Below are positions 1-11,777 of a stretch of DNA of 64,000 bases, in pieces. The notes beneath the pieces were generated by a model. The model saw nothing but the letters and a program-made list of their open reading frames with translations. It was not told the DNA's origin and did not search any database. Position numbers and translations under genes: made by a program. The stretch is from Lama glama (taxonomy: Eukaryota). The stretch lies in NCBI GenBank assembly GCA_028534125.1, contig CM052817.1, positions 6,202,001-6,266,000 of the forward strand, read 5' to 3'. Positions within the stretch are counted from its first letter, which is position 1; each line of letters opens with the position of its first letter.

Positions 1-562
1 GGCCAAATGCAGGAAACCACACATCATGTGAGCAGCAGGGATCCTCAGGCAGAGAAAGAAAAGCAGGAACCTTGGGTCTGATAAGGGATCATGCCTTTTG
101 GGATGACAGGTGGCCTGGAGAAGAACAAAGAAAGGTGAGAAAAGGCAGGAATTTCTAGTGTCCGAATGTGACTTTTGCTCATTATGCCCTTATTTCAATA
201 AAATTAGCCTTGCAGATTAGAAGTACCCATCATGCACCGACGCCATGACACTTCCGATCCAGACTAAATAAGGACAAAAATCCCTCCTCCCTTTGGGAAG
301 GTGGAGTTGGGAAGACAATCAGGGAATACGACCCCAAACCCTTCCCTCCCCAATGAATATTCTACCCATTCATTTTTACCCCCTATGTAGCTAACTTGCC
401 AAATAAACTCAGGGCAGCCGCTCACCTGAGCCTGCCCACTCTCCCCTGAGAGTGTACTATCCATTCTTTAATAAATTCTCACTTTACCTTTTTTTAACCT
501 CTAAGTCTTGTCTGTGAATTCTTCCTGGGACGGGGCAAGAACCTGGAACACCGGTTGCATCT
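1..562 (+). mobile_element. ERV1-like LTR (3' part; 5' end outside window)
   Basis: AATAAA at ~402 and ~469, then a U5-like tail (cttgtctgtgaattcttcctgggacggggcaagaacc...ttgca). It retains CpGs, has no PBS downstream, and abuts a truncated MLT1. Confidence 0.65.
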
Positions 563-566
563 ATCA

Positions 567-709
567 GCATCACAGGGACCACCCTAATTACTTCATTTCA
601 ACTCATTACCTCTTTAAAGATCCAACTAGACATACAATCACATTCTAGGTACTCTGGGTGAGGACATCAAAGTGTGAATTTTAGAGGGGGCACAATTCAA
701 CCAGGAACA
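567..709 (-). mobile_element. MaLR LTR fragment (MLT1A-like)
   Basis: ccaccctaattacttcattt...cattacctctttaaaga...cacattctaggtactctggg...cacaattcaaccaggaaca matches the recalled MLT1 terminus. Confidence 0.75.
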
Positions 710-2884
710 CCAACCAAGTGTGAGGCACACAAAAAAGCTGTTATCACCTTCGCACTGCTAATGAGAAAGTTAGAAATGGCTCAAGATCAAATAAATAGTA
801 AAGAGCTCTAGAGATTTAAACACAGGGCTGCAGAGCTTCCTCTTCTGGGCTCTTTCAAGTGCCCCAAACTGTGGGGCAGCTTGAAATTTACCTCTGAGAT
901 ACTAGAAGAAAAACTGTTACGTTGGGAAGCTGCCTATAAACACAATGAAGAAAACCTCAGAAGGCTGCATGAAATCTCTTGCTCTTTATGGGACATGAAA
1001 TTATCCTTGCTTTCCATGCTGCATGAATGCTATTCAAAGACTTTTTGTTTTATCTTGTCCTCTTGTTTTATGATGAATTTGTGCGTGAAAAGACTCATTA
1101 AGGACATCATTATTCTACATTTATCAGTAATGAACTGTCTGTGGCACCTATTAGCGGGAAAATGGTCCAAGTCCCTTTTTGTATCTGTCTACATTCTTCT
1201 TCATTATTTACTGCTCAACTCTCATCCATTTCAAATGGATGTGGCTGGATGCAATTTTCCCCCCAATTGTTCTTTTATTTGAGAGACAAATATTAATAGA
1301 ATTCATAATCCTTGAAGAGTCTACTCTGTATGTTCCAATGTTAAAATGACTTTTTAATTTTTAATGTTGGGAAGGGGCAGGGGAGGCTCACCTGAAGAAC
1401 TTACAATTTTTAGCAGACCCTTGGCGTTCCTTATTGCACTTAATTTTCACAAGGACTCAGAGATGGGTGTTATCACCCCGTTTTGCCATGGAGAGACTGG
1501 AGAAACAGAGGCAGAGTGCCTTATTTTGGTCATTCAATTAGTAGTTACAGGCAATGTTTGAGGCTGAAGAGCATTAGGAAACCCACAAAGACAAAGATCT
1601 TGTTGCAGGATAAGTTCCCTTTGGCTTCCATATTCATGCTGATTTCAGTGTATCCGGACACAGTCTCCAACGTGGAACTTACTAAAATGTGTGAGTGCCT
1701 CTGCTGACTGCAAGCCCCACAACACCTTTGGTTCAGCCTAGTTCATTTCTGCTAGTGTTTTATGATGCAAATGACTCCTTCTGGTATAGTCTGTCACCTT
1801 TTATGTAAGAAAAGATATTCTTTTAATGAAAAAACCTTTCTCACTTTTTTAGTTTCTTCGCAGAGTTTCTCTCTCATCTCCTTCAGTAATTAACATTCCT
1901 CTTGAGGACTTTGGGATAGGAATCTCAGAGCCCCCATCCTGCTGCCTAAAGTAGTAAGATTTTTATACCATAAACTCTCCAGCATCTCTTGTTGTAATTG
2001 AGTGATTTGCCAAGTTTCACTTTGTGTAATTTGCTCAGAATGGAAAATGCAATCAGTAATTAACAAACCAACTCTTAAATATGGTTTCAAAATGCTGACA
2101 AATGATTTTTATGTGTATCTGCCCTGCTAACATACAGAGTATGAGAATTTTTGTGGACTTCTATTGACAATGTTGGCCTGAGTCTTGCTGTGCCTGAACT
2201 TCAGCCTCACCCTTTTGAAATGTTCGGTTATGTATCAATGGATTGCCTTTTTCTGATCATGAGATACAGAAATCTAACTCAAAGTGGCTTTGAAGTCTTT
2301 CAAATATTGTGACTGCATTTTTCTTAAAATGTTATTTTAAATACTCCGTAGCACCTGCATTTCTATACACAGTAAGATCATAATAAATATTTTTGACTGA
2401 CCTATTATATGGTACTAATATATTTATTTCCACAAATTGTTATTCAATTGTCTCAATACAATTCTGCTAAACACTTCTATGACCTCCAATCACTCAAGGA
2501 TCTTTGCAGCACAAATCCAAAGCTTCCAAAATGGCACGTGGAAGGAAGGTGGGTTCCAGACTCAGGCACACTGAGCAACATCTCTGCTGCATCCTGATTG
2601 TGTAATTTTAAGAATGTTGCAGCATCTCAGGCATGATAGTTAAGAAAAATCTTTCTAAAGAAAGTGTTTTCAATGAATCTAAAAAAATACTAAGATATGG
2701 ATTTAAGAATTAGAAGTTAAATAGCCTTTTCTAATTCCCCAAACAAGGTTAGGTCTTCCATTTTATGTTCTATGGTTTTCTGCTGTATTTCCTTTTCTTA
2801 ACGTATATCACAAGTTAGTTACTTGCAAACACCTATCTTTCTTGTGAAAGTGTATAAAAATACAGGGACCCTGTAAATGCTTGA

Positions 2885-3048
2885 AGGATTGATGAATGAA
2901 TGTAGATGAATAGATGGGTGGATTGGTGAATCGGTGGATGGATGAGCAGATGGGTGAATGGATAGATGGTTCAATGGACAGACAGATAGATCGATGAGAG
3001 AATGGACGGACAGATGGATGGATGAAAGAGTGGATGGATGGATGGATA
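2885..3048. repeat. Degenerate (TGGA)n/(TAGA)n simple repeat
   Basis: Runs of tggatggatgga/gatagatgg seen directly. Confidence 0.9.
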
Positions 3049-4024
3049 AAACTGTCCACATCAGCAAAATCCTGAAGGTGAGAGAGAGCATGGGCTATCA
3101 AAGCATGCTAACATATACTCAGAAAAAATCAGATATTCCAATAAACACAATGTGACATATACTTAAAAATATTTAATTGGCTTACAGAATATAGTCACAG
3201 TATATAAAATATTTTGACATGTATTTCAAATATTTTATAGAAATATCCTATCTATAAAAGAGAGCATCATGTGGGAATGTATTTTATTCACCGTATTAAC
3301 AATATAAAAATATTCATGTATCCAAAAACTAGGTTAAGCAGCAGAACATTTCTAAACATTCCTTGTTCTTTTCCTTGATTACGGCTTCTCCCATCTTTGC
3401 AAGAGGTAACTGCTTGCTGGGATTTGCTCATCAACGTTTGCTTTTCTTTGCAATTTTTTTAAAGGACATTAATGTTCCTAACGTACGTATTATTTAGTTT
3501 TCCTTCTGAACTTTGTTAAAATACACATTTCAAAAAGTTAAAAACATGACCTTTACGTTAATGCAGTGAGCACCTGTTAACAATGCATTTAAATGAGGAG
3601 TGAGGGAAGTAATGGAACGATAGAACTGATTCAAAGGATGGTAAGAGAGACTGGAGGATAAAGCTAATGAATAAAAGAATGATGAAATAAGATTGCTGAG
3701 TGAGATAAAAACTCTAATGTCCTATAGGTCAATAAACCCATGAAATTTGGAGTTACCTTTCCTTCTGGACAAAAATTATTTGCAACTTGTCAACCTTCAG
3801 AAACTAACACTGACTTTCCAAAGCTGGGTCCCTCATCAATCATATATAGTAAGTTAATCATGATCATATTATCCTTAGATGAGCTTGTTAGATAAGGCTT
3901 TAGGACAATGTTGAAAGGGACTCTTTTTGGGTTGGTAGTAATATTTCTGTCTTATTTCAAAGTTTTAGATATTTTCATCTTCACTTTGTATGTGTGTAAT
4001 CATAATGCATATGTACACATATTC

Positions 4025-4276
4025 TTTTTTTAAACTGTAATAAGAAAATTTATTTATTTATTTTAACATTTTTTATTGAGTTATAGTTATTTTACAATGT
4101 TGTGTCAAATTCAAGTGGAGAGCACAATTTTTCAGTTATACATGAACATTATATATATATATATATATATATATATTCATTGTCACATTTTTTTTCTCTG
4201 TGAGCTAACATAAGATCTTGTATATATTTCCCTGCGCTATACAGTATAATCTTGTTTATCTATTCTACATTTTGAA
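4025..4276 (-). mobile_element. Young L1, 5'-truncated 3' UTR end with internal (AT)n
   Basis: Reverse complement of 15935-16143; poly-T at 4025-4031; putative TSD acatattct (4017-4025) / gtgtattct (4277-4285). Confidence 0.9.
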
Positions 4277-4489
4277 GTGTATTCTAATATTATATGTAGT
4301 CTTATGTTTCTGAGTTAATCTATGTTGATACAGATAGCTATAATATATACATATGAGTTGTATGAAAATCCACCATTTAGTTATTTTGCATAAATATATA
4401 TTGTTAAATGAAACTATTTCTTTTAGGATTATATGTTCTTTTCACATACCATACTTTAAAAAAATGTATAATATGGTGGCAAAGTCCTT

Positions 4490-4710
4490 TTCAATTCGTG
4501 GTTAACAGCTCAGTCTCAGGCTGTCTGGGTATTATAAATCTTGACTCTGGCACCTACTAAATCTTTCACTACCTCCATTTTCTCCTTCACAGACTAGAAT
4601 AATAATGGTATCTACCATATAGTGACACTGTGAGTATAAAGGGGTAACACTCAAGCTTTTCTTGTCTCAAGCATTCACTAAATATTAGTGATTATTGCTA
4701 TTATTATTTG
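4490..4710 (+). mobile_element. MIR SINE
   Basis: gtggttaacagctcagtctc...ctgggtattataaatcttgactctggcacctacta...aataataatggtatctacc...ttgctattattatt. Confidence 0.65.
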
Positions 4711-5284
4711 GAAGTTAAACATCTAAATTCCATAAATATCAATTAATAATACACCTGTCTTTTAGTGGACATTCCAGATAAATAATTTCTACTGTTTTAA
4801 TAAATGTGAAGAAAGAATATAGTTTTTGGCATGGGGTTTGTTGGACATGAAATCACAGGGAAGAGAGATTCATAGGGGTAGAGGATGACTAACACATTTG
4901 AATTTGAGGACACAAAAGAACTTGTGAGATATATGCATATTCAATTCACCCAGCTATGCTTACTCAGATTCCATGCTCTCCAATCCACCTGATTACTACT
5001 TGACTTTTCCTGTGAGTCAGCCCAAGGTGATGATGGCTGGCCATATGAATTTAACCATCTAGATCCTTAAGATTGATGTTTCAGCTCATTTCTTTTTCTT
5101 TTTCTTTATTTTTTGTTTAGCCTCTCTGCCTATAAGCATTATAGCTATGAATTTGTTTAATGTGAGTAATCCACAGAAAGGAGACTTTCGCTCAAGGTGC
5201 TAACATAAATCCTGTTCCTAAATCTCAGGGGCTCAAGGCTCAGAGCTCGACTCTGAAACTTGGCAATGTGAGTACTACTGGAAC

Positions 5285-5440
5285 TTCCCTCTTCAAAGAG
5301 TGTCCGCGGACCAGCAGATCAGCATCACTTGGGAGCTTATTAGAACTGAAGAATTTCAGTTCCAGACCTACTCAATCAGATTCTGTATTTTATTGAGATC
5401 CCTGGGTGGTTCATACCACATGAGCTTAGGAAAAGCACTC
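5285..5440. mobile_element. MER5A (hAT-Charlie MITE)
   Basis: cttcaaagagtgtccgcggaccagcag..cagcatcacttgggagcttattaga...cagacctactcaatcagattctgtatttt...gatccctgggtggttc. Confidence 0.8.
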
Positions 5441-5989
5441 AACCAGAACATAAGGACTGCCTGCCCTACCAAACAAATCTACATATTCCCCTGGCTGAGC
5501 ATCTATCGATATATCTATGGGGTATAAAGAGAAAAAAGGCGTGGAGAGGTGGGAGAATGGAAACTTCAGGTGGAAGAGTTTACCCTTAAAAGGGGGAAGC
5601 AGTTGGCAGTGGTAATGGATGGTTGACACAGGAGACATCATCGAATGTGAAGAAATAAGGAATCCTGGGGTTAGGGTTTTGAATGTGTGGTTTGATCGGA
5701 CATTCATGGCCCTTAGGGAGATTACAAGACATGTGGGAAAGGGGCATTTTGTGATTAGGGTATCAAGGCATCAGTAAGTACAAGGACCAAGATGTTGTTA
5801 GCTGGCAGGAGTAGAGGGAGCTCTAGCCCACAGAGCCGAGGGCATTGTACCTGTTTGTTAGACGAGTTTTACACTAGGTGGTCACAGCCTCACTCATCCC
5901 TGTGTGTCTTACAGGGGCAGGGTGGCTGGTACACCATTGGTTCCCAATTAGGCTGGTTGCATGAATGAATCGTAGTAATAGCATTTCTA

Positions 5990-6220
5990 GGGATCTCTGT
6001 TTTTAGTATTTTACACATATTAACTAATACTATCCTCTCGATTACCCAACATAGTCCTTCTCCTCTTCTTCCTCCCTCTTTTCTCCCTCCTACCTCTCCT
6101 CTTCCCCACTGGGTCAATAAGAGTAAAAAGTGTAACTTGCCTAAAGTCATATAACATGAGTCTCAGAGATAATTTCCAAATCCAGGCAGACTGACCTTGT
6201 ATTTCACTCTCTGAGGGAAG
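5990..6220 (-). mobile_element. MIR SINE
   Basis: ttttacacatattaac...aagtgtaacttgcctaaagtcata...aaatccaggcagactgacc. Confidence 0.55.
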
Positions 6221-6595
6221 AGTGAACAGTATGCTAGGACGTTTGCATGAACACACAGGTCTAGAACAAGGAGCCACCTTATTCTTGGTGACAAGCTGTG
6301 AGCACAGGTTCATGTTTTTTTCATGGTGACATGGACTTATATGCTGAAGAAGCTTCTCAGTGTGAAGGTGGCTTTGACATTAAATCACTTGACTCCTTTC
6401 ACTGCAACAGACTCACTTGGTAGGAAGTTCCTAAGCTGAGGTGGAAACAGAGTGTGAGGTGACCTCTGCATTAAAATGATACACATATATAGGTCTGTAT
6501 ATTGTGTATTAGAAGTATAATTAATTATATACATATAATTTTTAAAACTCCCTTATAAAAATAATGGAGAAATGGTCAGCTTTTCTTTTTGTTAT

Positions 6596-6639
6596 ATTCT
6601 TACTTTATAGATCACACTCACATTCTTACTTTATAGATC
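6596..6639. repeat. 18-bp perfect direct repeat with 8-bp spacer
   Basis: attcttactttatagatc at 6596-6613 and 6622-6639. Confidence 0.95.
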
Positions 6640-7589
6640 TTTTTAAAGATCATATCCTTAAAATGCACATTTTAAAATGAAAATACATAGTAAAGGAGAA
6701 AGGAAAATTCATGGAAGAAGAAAATATGAGCGAATAAGTTTACAACATGTAACAAATGAGTGTCAACATCCATTTTTTAAGGATAAGGTAGCCTTCTAAC
6801 TAATAATCTTCAGACCTAATTCACTGCACATCGTATAGGGGCCCATTGAACTTGCAGTCACGTCTGCCCTGGCATCCATGGCATCATGTTGGGGCTGTTT
6901 GTTTCTCATGACCGTGTGTGTTCTGAGAGCAGAGAAGGGGTTTTACTCGGTTCTTTATCCTTAGCGTGTACAAATCCTCCATCTGATCTTTTTCAAGCTG
7001 TCTTGTAAAATTGTTTATTTCTTTCTGCATTCTCAATTCACATTTTTCTGGTAATGAGCCACAATAAAGAAAAATTTTTGCCCTGGTATTGAAGGTTATT
7101 GTCCCTCTTGGTCATAACTGTCCCCTCCCTCTGATGTTATGACACTTTAACGGACAACTGAAAGCTTCTTTGATATCCTTGACGGCTCCGAGATGTAATG
7201 TTCACTTTTGGTTTCAGATGTGTGTGCATGTAAGAGAGGGAGAGAAAGAAGAGAGAGATTTCTCCTTCCTTCCTCATTTCTTCCGATGATGTATAAACAT
7301 ATAATAAAATAAAACAATAAGATAAAATACAGTGAAATAAACATTTAAAAAAGGGGCTGCGTGTGGGCAGCAGTGAGACACCTCCCCTGACTGTACAGTC
7401 TCCCTAGATGTGGTTCTCTTCTACTTTGACTTAGCCCTGTGCACTTTGCTGAATAGCAGGGCTATGCTTTTAAGGGCAAAACTTCCCCCTCAACTTCAAT
7501 AAAGCTTTTGTGTTCTTGGTGCAGCACCAGTGGGAAACACTCTGCTCCCCTCTGCAGATCTCAACAGTTGAGCGCCCAGGGCATGTTCC

Positions 7590-8670
7590 TGTTTCCTCTC
7601 TTATCTGCCTGTACTGTTTCCCAGGTGATTCCATCAGGATCCATAGCTTTAAATAACACCAACAAGCTGATGACTCCCCAGTTTACACCTTCAATCTTGA
7701 AAACTCCCTGGAGCTCAAGAATAGTTTTTTAACAGCTTACTTGACTGTTGCACTTGGATATCTAAAAGCATTTCAAATCTAACAACATAAAACAGAAGCT
7801 GTTTTCTCTTGCATCTCCAAGTCTGTTTCTCTGCTAATCTCTATTTGAGTGTGTAGCACCAGCATACTTGTTGGCTTAAGGAGAGCAAGTGAATTTATTC
7901 TTGATTACGTTTTTTGTTACCTCTGAGCCAGTCTATCCACAGTTCTTTCAAAATTCACCCAGAATCCATTTCCACTGAGCTACCTTAGTCCGTTCCAATA
8001 ATGTCTCTTGCTTGGAATAATAATAATACAATAGCTTCACTTTTCCCCGTACAATCTGTAGCTACAGAGACATTTTAAAAGTAACAATCAGATTAGATTG
8101 CCCCTCCCACTGTTTAAAATTCTGCTATGGTTTCCCTTTGCACTCAGAATAAAATCTGACCTGTATAGCATGACCCTCAAAATATGACACGATCCAGTCC
8201 ATACCTTTTTCTAAAAAAGTCGTATCATGGTTTCTTAGCTCCACCTAACAGTCACCTCCTTTCCTTTACTCTGTTTGCCCAGCTGGGTCATGTTCCAAGC
8301 GCTGGACTTGCTGTTTCCTCTCCCTACCCTGCTCTCACCTGGCTAATTGCAGGCAGATCTCACAGTGCAGGATGACCTTTCCAAGAAGGCTTCTGTCTCT
8401 GAGCAACTCATGGAAAGCAGCTTATCTCCTCCAGTTTCTTACCATATTGTTCTTCCCCCCCATTTCCTTCACAGTACTTGACAGTAGCAGAAATACTTTC
8501 ATTTTAGCTTGTGTTATGTCTCCCTGTTTCCACTAGAATGTCACTCCTTGAGGCCAGGCATTTTGTTGTTCTTGTAGTTTACCCTGCTTCTGTACCTTAA
8601 ACAGAACTGGGTGCAAAGTAGATGCTCACAAGACGGTTATTGACAATGAATGACTAACTGAATGAATCCC
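7590..8670 (+). mobile_element. L2 LINE 3' region (fragmented)
   Basis: gctgatgactccccagtttacac..., cacttggatatctaaaagcatttcaaatctaac, gcactcagaataaaatc; terminal ccactagaatgtcactccttgagg...aatgaatgactaactgaatgaa. Confidence 0.8.
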
Positions 8671-9734
8671 TACTTTAAGTACAAGCTTAATCCTCACAGG
8701 TGGGAATTTTGCTGCCATTAGGAGAGTGCATTTTCTTCAAAATTTTATTGACACCAATGCTTTCTTACACAATGGGGATTTAGAACTGCATTATCTGTGA
8801 ATCATTTTTACAAGACTCCAGGTATGAGCAATAAAGGCTTTTGGCCCAAGTTTCAGAGTCTGTTATATGTTCACAGGTGTTCATGTCTATAATATGACAA
8901 GTAATGGCTTATATAATACGCGTGGCTTACATTACATGGCACAACTACAAGAGTGTGATTGAAAACACTAGTTCTCTGGTTTCATTGCTATGGACTGTGG
9001 TTCTTGTCTGTAGATGGTGGTCTCATGCGTTTAACTTGGCCTTGCCACTATACCCACTTTACTTACTCTAGTTTTCGTGACTTGGATTTATCTTCTGGCA
9101 CTGTTTCTTGGCTTTCCCCATTGGCTTTGACTTTCTGGGGAAGGTGTCTTATCCTTCAACTCCTGCCCATGACCAATTGTTTGGTTCACTCTCTCACACC
9201 ATGTACTGTGGTCAGAGGGCTTAATGGTCGAGACCTTTGGTTTTGAACATCATGTTTACCACTTGTAACCTGTATGACTCTGGGAAAATTGGGTATCCAC
9301 TATCAGAAACAGTTTCATTACCTATAAGATGAGACACTGTTGTAACAGTGGCAGCACTGAACTGACATCCATGTAGAGTGGGTGAGAAAATCAAGTGGAA
9401 GCATTAAGCAGCGCTGGTTCAGAGGGCACGTGGAATTAGACAGTGGCCATTACTATCAGTTTTAACCCTCCCCAGTCGTCCCCAGGCCACCTTGCCTTCT
9501 CTCTTCTCAGCAAACACAACATCCAACCAGGACTATAAAATATAACTACTCTCGAAAGCATGATCCAAAATCTAACATGATTCTTGGCACATAGGGCACT
9601 AAGAGTGCTTGTAGGTTGAATGAATACCTGCCTCTGGGAAGATTTCCCTTCCTGTAGCCTAGGTCTGTCCTTTAGGAACAAGAGCCATTGAAGTAAAATA
9701 TTGCCACTGCTTTTGAGGTCATTGAGGGCAACTT

Positions 9735-10398
9735 GGTTATTTATTTATTTATTTATTGACGTATAGTAGATTTGCAATGTGTTAGTTTCTGATGTACAGC
9801 AAAGTGATTCAGTTATACATACATATATTTTTTCATTATAGGTTATTACAAGATATTGAATGTAGTTCCCTGTGCTGTACAGTAGAACCTTGTTGTTTAT
9901 CTATTTTATATATAGTAGTTTGTATCTGTTAACCCCAAACTCCTAGTTTATCCCTCCCCTCCTTTCCCCTTTGGTAACCTTAAGTTTGTTTTCTGTGTCT
10001 GTGGGTCCCTTTCTGTTTTATAAATATGTTCTTCTGTATTATTTTTTTAGATTCCACATGTAAGTGATATCATATTTGTCTTTCTCTGTCTTACTTATAT
10101 CACTTAGTATGATCATTTTTAGGTTCATCTATGTGGTTTCAAGTGGCATTATTTCATTTTTTAATGGCTTTATATATAAATGTATAATATGTATGCTGTA
10201 TCTTCTTTATCCAATCATCTGTCAATAAACATTTAGGTTGCTTCCATGTCTTGGCTATTGTAAATAGTACTGCTATGAATATTAGGGTGCATGTATCTTT
10301 TTGAATTAGAGTTTTCATCTTTTATGGATATATGCCCAAGAGTGAGATCGCTGGATCATATGGTAACTCTATTTTTAGCTTTTTAAGGACTCTCCATA
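9735..10398 (-). mobile_element. L1 3' end (ORF2 C-terminus + 3' UTR), intermediate age
   Basis: (TTTA)n tail; ttagattccacatgtaagtgatatc; catttaggttgcttccatgtcttggctattgtaaatagt; gctggatcatatggtaactctattttt. Confidence 0.9.
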
Positions 10399-11129
10399 GT
10401 ATAGAGCCAGCTTTCTAATTCAAACTTGTCACACTCAGAAAAAGCAATCTACTTTGCATACTGTCTTTGAATGCTTTGCGACAAAATTAATTACAATTTA
10501 TTTCCAAGAGATGTTCATTTATTTAATAGGTCATCCTTATCGTCCCCTTGTATCTAAAGTAAATAGAAAGATAAAAATAAGGTAAGGGAGACAAGTTTAT
10601 CTTCTTCAGCAGAGGGATTGATATTTTGGACCTTTTTGTATTAATTGTGTTTTTACATAATTCAGTATATTTCCTAGTACTTGCCATTTGCCAAGACTTG
10701 TGTCAACACAAAAGACATTATAGGCTGACTGGGTGTTAAATTCTCCAGGTGGTAAAGTTGGACCTCCCAGAAGTTGTGAACTGATCACAGCCTAAGTTCC
10801 AGGGATTAGGGCTGGGCAAGATGTGTTGCGTGACTGGGATGGCTGGAGTGGGATGCTGCTAGATGCTGAGTGCATGTGTGGTCTTATTTACGGCAGAGTG
10901 CAAAGGTGAACATTGATGAGGTTTATGGGTCATCAGATGTGAGTGGAGGTGGGGCAGGCTGAGGAGAAGGTATGGAGGTGAAACACAAGATCAGATGATC
11001 AAAGAGCCTTTGCAATTTTCGTAGAGAGAAAAGCTAGAATCCTTAGCACTGGATGTAAGCTACATTAAGGATTAACTGGTGAAGGCACAGGGTCAGGGTG
11101 AAGGTGGTTTTCTAGCTCTGCTTGATAAA

Positions 11130-11646
11130 ACCTCGTGCTAGTGAACCAAAGCTGTCTATCCCCCACTCAGCCGGAGCTCTGAACTGAAACCATAGCTCAT
11201 TTCCCACATTACCTTGGCTTTGCTATTCCACATCTTCATGACACTACCTCGCTTCTCTGGAGTTGTTCTGCCCAACCAAATGCTTGAGTGCTCATTTCAG
11301 GAACTTCCTAAAAGATCCACTGACTCTTCGAAGGAAAGCAGCAAAAGAGAGTTTGCACCCTCAAATTCTTTGAATCCCTCCCCTCAGGATCTTTGCTTGC
11401 AATTTCCACAAATCTTGGGTTGTTGTATCAAAATTCTTATTCAATCTGTATCAAATCCCTGCACTGGAGGACTTGCCTTAAGACAAACTTCCAAGTTTCA
11501 ATAAATTCTGATCTTACCATCCTCATGCTGAGACACTGCCAAAGCTTTGTGAAGACAGTGTCTTCCTTTATCTCTGTAAACAAAAAACTCACTCTTGTCT
11601 TGTCAACAGGTTATATTGGTGATATTTGGATAACCAGCCTTTGACA
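11130..11646 (+). mobile_element. Probable old ERV1-class solo LTR
   Basis: AATAAA at ~11500; U5-like end cttgtcttgtcaacaggttatattggtgatatttgg...ttgaca; 5' boundary uncertain. Confidence 0.45.
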
Positions 11647-11716
11647 GTTTCCATGAAGGGTCCAAGGGGATGTAACTGTGGACATTTGAATTCTACCTCA
11701 AACAGAGAACCTTTGC

Positions 11717-11733
11717 ATATATATATATACATA

Positions 11734-11775
<42 letters not shown>
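11717..11775. repeat. Compound (AT)n-(GA)n microsatellite
   Basis: Seen directly; perfect GA run at 11738-11775. Confidence 0.95.

Positions 11776-11777
<2 letters not shown>

Noticed and set aside
1223..1241. Inverted repeat catccattt-c-aaatggatg
   Set aside because: 9-bp arms are plausible by chance in 64 kb of AT-rich DNA.
881..1282. 133-aa ORF
   Set aside because: TTG start, no recognisable domain, composition typical of AT-rich non-coding DNA.
2808..3155. Overlapping HPSI/MDRW-rich ORFs
   Set aside because: Translations of the (TGGA)n simple repeat.
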